A DNA stretch of 64,000 nucleotides from Bacteriovoracia bacterium (GTDB lineage Bacteria; Bdellovibrionota; UBA1018; CAIPTA01), in contig JBFWVL010000002.1 in the NCBI GenBank assembly GCA_050246755.1, positions 224,001-288,000 of the forward strand, read 5' to 3'. The stretch's first letter is position 1. Each line of letters opens with the position of its first letter. Below, piece by piece: positions 57,141 to 64,000 of this stretch. A program made the translations under genes and the position numbers. The notes beneath the pieces were generated by a model that was given only the letters and a program-made list of their open reading frames with translations, ran no database searches and was not told the origin of the DNA.

Positions 57141-60068
57141 CTAAAGATCCCGTAAAAACTGCAAGATCTCATCCTGAGTAAGATCCGCCGTGCCGCCGGC
57201 GCCCGAGATCACGCCCTCCGATAAAGCGCGTTTTCTCTTCTGCATCTGCAGGATCTTGTCTTCCACCGTATCCCGCGCCACTAAGCGATGAATGAATACG
57301 GGATTCTCTTGCCCGATGCGGTGAGCGCGGTCGGCGGCTTGGTCTTCGGCCGCGGGATTCCACCAGGGGTCCAAGATATAAATATGATCGGCCGCCGTGA
57401 GGGTGATTCCCACGCCACCGGCTTTCAAAGAGAGCAGCATCACGGGCGGGCCGTCTTCCTTTTGGTAGGCGCTTACCACCTGATCGCGGTTCCGGGTGGA
57501 GCCATCGAGGCGGGAGAAGCGGATATTTTTCTCGTTCAGGCGCGTTTCCGTTAAATCCAGCAGGGAGGTCCACTGCGAGAACACGAGCGCGCGGTGTCCG
57601 AGATCGAGCGATTCTTCCAGGGATTCCATCAATAAGTTCAGCTTCGCAGATCCATAAGCAGCATCCAGGCCGGAACCGGGAACCAGGGAAGGGTGGCAGC
57701 AAGCCTGGCGCAAACGGAGCAGCATTTCCAAAGCCGCGAACACGGAGCCGCCGGCCCCCACTTTTTCTAAAACGTCTTTGCGGGAAGAGGCGAGCACGGC
57801 GCGGTAGAGGGTCTGCTCTTCTTCCGAAAGGTCGCAGTGGAGCACCACTTCGGTGCGGGCCGGGAGCTCGGGCGCCACTTCGGTTTTCTTCCGGCGCAGC
57901 AAAAACGGGCGGATGCGGTGGCGCAGTTTTTCCAGCTTGCGCGGATTCCCCGAGCGCATGGCGTCGCCGAAACGTTCCAAGAACTCGGAGCGTTTCCAAA
58001 GCAATCCCGGATTCAAAAATTGGAACTGGCTCCAGAGATCGTCGAGGCGATTTTCGATCGGGGTGCCGGAAAGCGCGATGCGGAAACCGCCGCGGAGCCG
58101 GTGGGCGGCCTTCGCGATCTGGCTATCGGGGTTTTTGATCACCTGCGTTTCGTCGAGGATCACGGTATCCCATTCGGTGGCGGCGAGCTTTTCCTGATCG
58201 ATACGCAGGATGCCGTAGCTGGTGAGGGTGATCCCGTCCCCCAAAGTGCGGTTGGCGCCGTGGTAGAGATTCACATTGAGCTTGGAGCGGAATTGCTGGA
58301 TCTGGTCCACCCAGGATTGCAAAACGGAAGTAGGGCACACGATGAGGGTGCGGCCCTCGATGCAGCAAATGCTCTGCAGGGTTTTACCTAAGCCCATATC
58401 GTCGGCGAGCATGGCGCCTAGGCCCGCGTTTTTCAAAAAATACAGCCAGTCCACGCCCTTGCGCTGGTACACGCGGAGATCCGCGCGCAAATCGGAGGGC
58501 ATGGTGGCCTTGGGGATGCCTTCGGTGCCCATCAGGCGGGAGCAGAGGGCCTGGATGCGTTCCGGAACGTCGATGCCTTCGTCTTCGCAGAGCATTGCGA
58601 GGTCGGGGATAAAATGTTTGGGTAATTTATTCTGGCCGGGCACGCGGGCGGAAAGAATGGCTTCCACGCGGTCGGAATATTTCAGCAGCCAGTCGTGGGG
58701 CAGGGCCGCCCAGCCACCGCCTTCAAGGGGAACGAAGCTCTGGTTCTCACGCCAGGCGGCCAAAACTTTTTCCGGATTCACCACGCCGGCGGAATCGGGC
58801 AGCTGGAAATCGAGGTTGATGCTTTCTTCTTCCCAGGAAACGGAAGGAGCTAGTTCTCCCTGAACGGTGAAGGCGGAGAGGCCGTTGCCGCTGCATTCCC
58901 AGTCTTTCAATTTCGAAACGAGGAGCAGGGCGCTTTGGTCTTCGAACACGCTCTGCCGGCCCACTTGGAGCTGGAGTTCCTGGTGGAGTTTTTTGCGCAA
59001 AGCTTCTTCGGCCTCCAAGTCTCGCTCGGGTAGGTGGTCTTCGTGGAGCGGCATGAGCTTGGCGCCGATCACTTCGGCGATGGGGGGCTTTCCGTACACG
59101 AGCGAAGGGTACACGGAGAGCTTGCGCGCGTTTTCTGCTTGGCAATGCAGGATGATCCGCGCCTCGTGCTTGGAAAGCTTCGGCAAGCGTTTGGTTTCGA
59201 TGTGAATCACGAGCTTGGCTTCGAAGGGCGGCAGTACCTCGGAAGCAAATTTGTGGAGCTCGTCGGGCGAGTAGGTGCGGAAAGCTTCGCGTTCTTTGCT
59301 GGTAAGAGCGGGCTCGCGCACGGCCTTCAATTTATTCCCGCAGAGGGCGGCGCCGTTCTTGAATAATTGCGACACGGAGGAATCCGCGTGCCACTCAAGC
59401 CGCACTCCCTTGCCATCGTCCACCACGCGGGCCTGGGGGCTCACGGTTTGGGCGGAAATCTCCACCGGCTCATCGCCGTAGAGTACGCGGCCGCAGCGCT
59501 GGAGGGCCGCCATGAGGCGGGTGAGGGTATAGCGATCTAGGGGGTTTTGGTAAGAACCGCCGAGCACGTGGTCCACGGCAAAATCTTCTTTTCCCGCCAC
59601 CGGCGTGGTGCCGGAAAGCCGCCCGCTCTGGAGGCCGCCGATTATTGAAACTAAACTCTGGTTATGGAGCCGCTCGGATTTTTTTCCCTTTACGAGATAG
59701 CGATCGAAGTAGAGGTAGCCGGCTTGCGCAAAAAATCGGTATTCGAGCTGGGCCGTACCGCCGCCCTTGAGCGCCTGCACTTCGGGCTTGGTGGTTTTAT
59801 CGTCGCGGTAGGCGAGGAAGGCAGCCACGATATGATTGCAGGGATCGTTGCGGTCTCCGCAGTCGCAGTGCCAATCTTCTTCTTCTGGCCACAGCGTGAT
59901 TTTCGGCGATACGGGCGGCTTATGGTAGCGAAGCAAAATTTCCGTGGGAGTTTCGCTCTCGAGATAAAACGTTCCGTCTTTGGCCAAAGAAACACCCTTC
60001 GACCAGACGCCCGGTAAGGCGGCTTCTTGCAGCGAAAGTTGGAGAGGCGAGAGGTTTGGTTTTGGCAT
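57141..60068 (-). CDS. SWIM zinc-finger SNF2-family helicase
   Basis: CDC...C.H SWIM; LADDMGLGKT, ILDE.Q, SGTPIEN, LRLRQ, FSQW, DPWWNPA.EDQA.DRAHRIGQ. Confidence 0.93.
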   Translation of the reverse strand: MPKPNLSPLQLSLQEAALPGVWSKGVSLAKDGTFYLESETPTEILLRYHKPPVSPKITLWPEEEDWHCDCGDRNDPCNHIVAAFLAYRDDKTTKPEVQALKGGGTAQLEYRFFAQAGYLYFDRYLVKGKKSERLHNQSLVSIIGGLQSGRLSGTTPVAGKEDFAVDHVLGGSYQNPLDRYTLTRLMAALQRCGRVLYGDEPVEISAQTVSPQARVVDDGKGVRLEWHADSSVSQLFKNGAALCGNKLKAVREPALTSKEREAFRTYSPDELHKFASEVLPPFEAKLVIHIETKRLPKLSKHEARIILHCQAENARKLSVYPSLVYGKPPIAEVIGAKLMPLHEDHLPERDLEAEEALRKKLHQELQLQVGRQSVFEDQSALLLVSKLKDWECSGNGLSAFTVQGELAPSVSWEEESINLDFQLPDSAGVVNPEKVLAAWRENQSFVPLEGGGWAALPHDWLLKYSDRVEAILSARVPGQNKLPKHFIPDLAMLCEDEGIDVPERIQALCSRLMGTEGIPKATMPSDLRADLRVYQRKGVDWLYFLKNAGLGAMLADDMGLGKTLQSICCIEGRTLIVCPTSVLQSWVDQIQQFRSKLNVNLYHGANRTLGDGITLTSYGILRIDQEKLAATEWDTVILDETQVIKNPDSQIAKAAHRLRGGFRIALSGTPIENRLDDLWSQFQFLNPGLLWKRSEFLERFGDAMRSGNPRKLEKLRHRIRPFLLRRKKTEVAPELPARTEVVLHCDLSEEEQTLYRAVLASSRKDVLEKVGAGGSVFAALEMLLRLRQACCHPSLVPGSGLDAAYGSAKLNLLMESLEESLDLGHRALVFSQWTSLLDLTETRLNEKNIRFSRLDGSTRNRDQVVSAYQKEDGPPVMLLSLKAGGVGITLTAADHIYILDPWWNPAAEDQAADRAHRIGQENPVFIHRLVARDTVEDKILQMQKRKRALSEGVISGAGGTADLTQDEILQFLRDL

Positions 60069-60189
60069 AACGGACAATAGAGCCTACCACGCATTGGCTA
60101 TTCACGGGGGCGGAATCTAGGGGTGGCGAAAAACAGCTAGGAGGTTTCGAAAAACATAGCCCATTGACGCGCTGCTTTTTAGATCGATT

Positions 60190-60630
60190 CTAAGCGGGAA
60201 AAGCCGATTCTCCCTCGTGCACCTTCACTCCGTTCACGTGGATCCGATACCGGATAGGGCAAGCCTTCGCGATCATCGCGCTCACTCCGCAATACTTCGA
60301 CTGCGATAGGTGAACCGCTTCGATGGCCTTGGCGCTTTCAATATTGCCGTCGAGAAAAAAATCCAGCATCACGAACGCGAACACGGCGGGATACCCTTCG
60401 GTGACCGGCGCATCGGCTTCCACGCGGAACATCTTCACGTCTTGCTTGTATTTTTTGAGCAAGCCCACCACGTCCATGCCGGTGCACCCGCAGATCGAAG
60501 CTAGACAGAGCTGCTTGGGGCTGAGCGCGCGCCCGTCGCCGATGGGGGCCTGGGTGTCCATGGTCACGGAGTTATTTCCGTCCGTGGAGACGAACGTCAT
60601 CTTGTTTTGCCAATTCATGGATAGTTTCAT
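60190..60630 (-). CDS. OsmC/YhfA-family protein
   Basis: SPKQL.L...GCTGMDVV..L.K...SKYCGVS. Confidence 0.9.
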   Translation of the reverse strand: MKLSMNWQNKMTFVSTDGNNSVTMDTQAPIGDGRALSPKQLCLASICGCTGMDVVGLLKKYKQDVKMFRVEADAPVTEGYPAVFAFVMLDFFLDGNIESAKAIEAVHLSQSKYCGVSAMIAKACPIRYRIHVNGVKVHEGESAFPA

Positions 60631-60691
60631 TCTCCGACCTTACTTTTCTTTCCGCGCTTTTGCCAGCATACTGGGGGATAAGGTGGTTCCG

Positions 60692-61291
60692 ATGAGCGAA
60701 GAAATGGGACAAGTTAGAAATGAAAATACCTGGGCCATGCTTTGCCACCTGGTGGCGCTGCTGGGATTTTTTACCTCCTCCATGCCGCTGGTCGGCCTCG
60801 TGGTTCCGATCGGCGCCATTCTCTTCGTGTGGGTCCTGAAGAAGGATTCCGACGCGGAGGTGAATGAGCATGGGCGCCAGTCCCTAAACTGGCAGGCCAC
60901 CGTGTTCGCGGTGCTCCTGATCACGGTGGTTCCGGTGATGACGTACCAGTATTGGAAGGGACGAAATTTCGCCAATAGCCTCGAGACGATCTCGGTGAAA
61001 ATAAAAGCAGCCAAGACCGATCCTGAGCGCGAGGCCTTGATGGATGAACGAGACAAAATCGGCAGGGTAATGGAAGCCGACATAGCGAAGAGCCCGATGA
61101 GCAATCCGCCCATTCTGGCTTCCGCGGTGGTGGCGTTTCTCGTGGGCGTGAGCAATATCGTGTTCGTGATCTGGAATAGTATCCGGGCGTTTCGCGGGAA
61201 GGCGGCGAACTATCCCTTCACTATTCCGCTATTGGCCACGCGGCATCGCCGCGGGCTGATCCGCGCGGCCGTTAAACCACCACTAAGTTAA
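60692..61291 (+). CDS. DUF4870-domain membrane protein
   Basis: WAMLCHL...W..KK......HGRQSLNWQ...YPFTI. Confidence 0.8.
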   Translation: MSEEMGQVRNENTWAMLCHLVALLGFFTSSMPLVGLVVPIGAILFVWVLKKDSDAEVNEHGRQSLNWQATVFAVLLITVVPVMTYQYWKGRNFANSLETISVKIKAAKTDPEREALMDERDKIGRVMEADIAKSPMSNPPILASAVVAFLVGVSNIVFVIWNSIRAFRGKAANYPFTIPLLATRHRRGLIRAAVKPPLS

Positions 61292-64000
61292 CCAGCTTTT
61301 TCGGCACGTAGATCTTCTTCTTGATCTCTTTGCCTTCAACATGCTTTTTCACTTCGGCGCAGTCCAGTGCGAGGGCGAGCACTTCTTCCTGGGTGGCCGA
61401 GGCCGGGCAGTCGAATTGGTCGCGGAGCTTGCCGTTGATCTGCACCACGATCTTCATGGAATCGGCCACGAGCAGGGCGGGATTGGCTTTCGGCCAAGGC
61501 GCGCGGGTGATCGATTCTTTATGGCCAAGCTTGGCCCACATCTCTTCGGCAAGGTGGGGCGCGAAAGGGGAGAGCAGCTTGAGGAAGGTCTCGAGCAGTT
61601 CTTTGTTCTGTACTTTCGCCGCGCCGAATTCGTTCACGCAAATCATGAATTGGGATACGCAGGTATTGAAGTTCAGCGTTTCAATTCCCTGGGTGATTTT
61701 GGCGATCGTCTGGTGGAGCAAGCGCTGGCTGGCTTCCGGAACGGGCGCTTCGCTGAACACGAGCTCGTCGGTTTCGGAGTGGGTCCAGCGCCAGAATTTT
61801 TGCAGGAAGCGCGATACGCCCTCGATCCCGCTCGTGTTCCAGGGCTTGAATTGCTCGAGCGGTCCAAGGAACATTTCGAACAGGCGTAGCGTGTCGGCGC
61901 CGTATTCGTCGCAGATCACATCGGGATTTACCACGTTGAAAAAACTTTTAGACATTTTCTCCACCGCGAATCCGCAGCGGTAGATTTCTTTTCCGTCCAC
62001 GCTTTCGCAAATGAATTTCGCGTCTTGGTATTCCGGGCGCCAGGCGCGGAAGCCTTCTTGGTCTAAGATATCGTGGTGCACGAGCGCTACGTCCACGTGC
62101 AGTTCCGTACACTCGTATTGCTTGCGTAAACCGTGGCTCACGAAGGTTTTGGGATCGGATTTCAGGCGGTACACGAAGTTCGAGCGCCCCTGGATCAGCC
62201 CTTGGTTCACTAACTTGCGAAAGGGCTCGTCGATCTTGCAGGTGCCGATATCGTGGAGGAACTTGCACCAGAAGCGGGAGTAAATTAAGTGCCCGGTGGC
62301 GTGCTCGGATCCGCCCAAATAGAGATCCACTTCGCCCCAATAGTCGGCTTTTTTGGGATCCACGAGCGCGGAATCATTCTTAGGATCCATATAGCGGAGG
62401 TAGTAGGCGGAGGAGCCCGCAAATCCCGGCATCGTAGAGAGCTCAAGGGGATCTCCCCCTTTGGTTTTCCAATTCTTCGCGCGGCCGAGAGGGGGTTCTC
62501 CCGTTTCGGTGGGAAGAAACTTATCTACTTCCGGAAGCTCCACGGGGAGCTCACTCACGGGCAGCACGTGGGGGATTCCATTCTTATAGTAGACGGGGAA
62601 GGGCTCGCCCCAGTAGCGCTGGCGGGAGAAGATGGCGTCGCGGAGGCGGAAATTCGTCTTAGGGATCCCGATTCGGCGTTTCTCTACTTCGTCGATGGCT
62701 TTCTTGATCGCCGCCGGAACTTCGAGCCCGTTCAGGAAATCGGCGTTCACTAATTTGCCTTCTTTGCCGTCGAAGGCTTCTTCCTGCACGTCTTTACCGC
62801 CCGAAACTACTTCCACGATGGGTAGGCCGAAGTGCTTTGCGAAGGCGTGGTCGCGGGTATCGTGGGCCGGCACCGCCATGATGGCGCCGGTGCCGTAGCC
62901 GCCGAGCACGTAGTCGGCCACCCAGATGGGAATTTTTTTCTGCGTAAAGGGATGGATCGCGTAGGAGCCGGTGAATACCCCGCTCACTTTTTTCACGTCG
63001 GCGAGGCGCTCGCGCTCGGTTTTCTTTTTGCACTCTTCGAGGTAGGCCTCCACTTTCGCTTTCTCGGAGGGAGCGCTCAGCTTCTGGGCCCAATCACTTT
63101 CGGGGGCGAGCACCATGAAGGTAACGCCGAAGATCGTGTCGGGACGGGTGGTGAAGATACGGAATTTTTCGCTATGTCCATCGAGGGCGAAGTCCACTTC
63201 GGCGCCCACGGATTTTCCGATCCAGTTACGCTGCATGTCCTTGATGGCTTCAGGCCAATCGAGCTTCTCCAGGCCCTGGAGCAAGCGATCGGCGTAGGCC
63301 GAAATGCGGAGGCTCCACTGCTGCATGATCTTTTGTTCCACAGGGTGCCCGCCCCGCACCGATACTCCGTCTTTCACTTCGTCGTTGGCCAGCACCGTGC
63401 CGAGCGCCGGGCACCAGTTCACCGGTAAATCGGCGAGGTAGGCGATGCGGTATTGCTGGAGGATTTCTTCTTTGGATTTCTCGTCGAGGCGCTTCCACTC
63501 GTCGGCGGCGAATTGGCGCACTTCCGCGGTGGTGGCCGCGTGGATATTTACGTTCCCTTGGGTAGAGAAGCGATGCGCGAGCTCGGCGATCGGCAGCGCC
63601 TTATCGGCGGAGAGATCGTAGTAGTGCGAAAACATTTCCGCGAAGGCCCATTGGGTCCACTTATAGAATTTCGGATCGGCGGTGGAGACTTCTCTTTCCC
63701 AATCGAAGGAAAGGCCGATGCGATCGAGCTGGGCGCGGTAGGTTTTGATATTTTTTTCCGTCGTCACGGCCGGGTGCTGGCCAGTTTGGATCGCGTACTG
63801 CTCGGCGGGAAGGCCGAATGCGTCGTAGCCCATGGGATGGAGCACGTTGAAGCCCTGGTGGCGTTTGTAGCGCGACAAGATATCGGAGGCGATATAGCCG
63901 AGCGGATGGCCCACGTGGAGTCCGGCGCCCGAAGGGTAGGGGAACATATCGAGCACGTAGTATTTTGGCTTCGTGCTGTTCTCTTCAGTTTTAAAAGATT
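61272..64000 (-). CDS. leuS: Leucine--tRNA ligase (5' end outside the window)
   Basis: [20 protein letters not shown] (HIGH), FTTRPDT editing domain, KMSKS; frame open to the window edge. Confidence 0.98.
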   Translation of the reverse strand, partial: SFKTEENSTKPKYYVLDMFPYPSGAGLHVGHPLGYIASDILSRYKRHQGFNVLHPMGYDAFGLPAEQYAIQTGQHPAVTTEKNIKTYRAQLDRIGLSFDWEREVSTADPKFYKWTQWAFAEMFSHYYDLSADKALPIAELAHRFSTQGNVNIHAATTAEVRQFAADEWKRLDEKSKEEILQQYRIAYLADLPVNWCPALGTVLANDEVKDGVSVRGGHPVEQKIMQQWSLRISAYADRLLQGLEKLDWPEAIKDMQRNWIGKSVGAEVDFALDGHSEKFRIFTTRPDTIFGVTFMVLAPESDWAQKLSAPSEKAKVEAYLEECKKKTERERLADVKKVSGVFTGSYAIHPFTQKKIPIWVADYVLGGYGTGAIMAVPAHDTRDHAFAKHFGLPIVEVVSGGKDVQEEAFDGKEGKLVNADFLNGLEVPAAIKKAIDEVEKRRIGIPKTNFRLRDAIFSRQRYWGEPFPVYYKNGIPHVLPVSELPVELPEVDKFLPTETGEPPLGRAKNWKTKGGDPLELSTMPGFAGSSAYYLRYMDPKNDSALVDPKKADYWGEVDLYLGGSEHATGHLIYSRFWCKFLHDIGTCKIDEPFRKLVNQGLIQGRSNFVYRLKSDPKTFVSHGLRKQYECTELHVDVALVHHDILDQEGFRAWRPEYQDAKFICESVDGKEIYRCGFAVEKMSKSFFNVVNPDVICDEYGADTLRLFEMFLGPLEQFKPWNTSGIEGVSRFLQKFWRWTHSETDELVFSEAPVPEASQRLLHQTIAKITQGIETLNFNTCVSQFMICVNEFGAAKVQNKELLETFLKLLSPFAPHLAEEMWAKLGHKESITRAPWPKANPALLVADSMKIVVQINGKLRDQFDCPASATQEEVLALALDCAEVKKHVEGKEIKKKIYVPKKLVNLVVV

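Noticed and set aside
57141-60068. SNF2 helicase as part of a defence system
   Set aside because: Stand-alone SWIM-SNF2 among housekeeping genes, with no nuclease or methylase partners.

Overview
A 64 kb chromosomal segment from a GC-rich bacterium whose gene content suggests Bdellovibrionota (TIGR02147-type regulator, many secreted orphan proteins, mevalonate operon without HMG-CoA synthase, Bdellovibrio-type HUH 'transposase'). This assignment is inferred from recalled family features, not from a database search. Most of the window is housekeeping: apaG, hslO, ampG, ggt, ppx/ppk1, mevalonate genes, oppA-like, dusB, clpPX, rpoZ, a SNF2 helicase, leuS, tRNA-Thr(CGT) and tRNA-Ser(CGA). The strongest signal is a stand-alone Y1/HUH (RAYT-like) transposase at about 15.1-15.6 kb associated with the 13-mer ATACCTCTGCCCC. 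Four copies form a short array upstream of it. Six more exact copies lie inside protein-coding genes, in both orientations and four different codon registers, mostly in neighbouring secreted proteins. Other notable items are a MITE-like insertion with a 9-bp target duplication that replaced a stop codon, an MMPL-LolA-like fusion with an internal RBS and signal peptide, three secreted paralogues sharing a C-terminal motif, a small AT-richer island at tRNA-Ser, 11-bp-periodic Pho-box-like repeats upstream of ppk1/PHP, and a Bacteroidota-type LeuRS.
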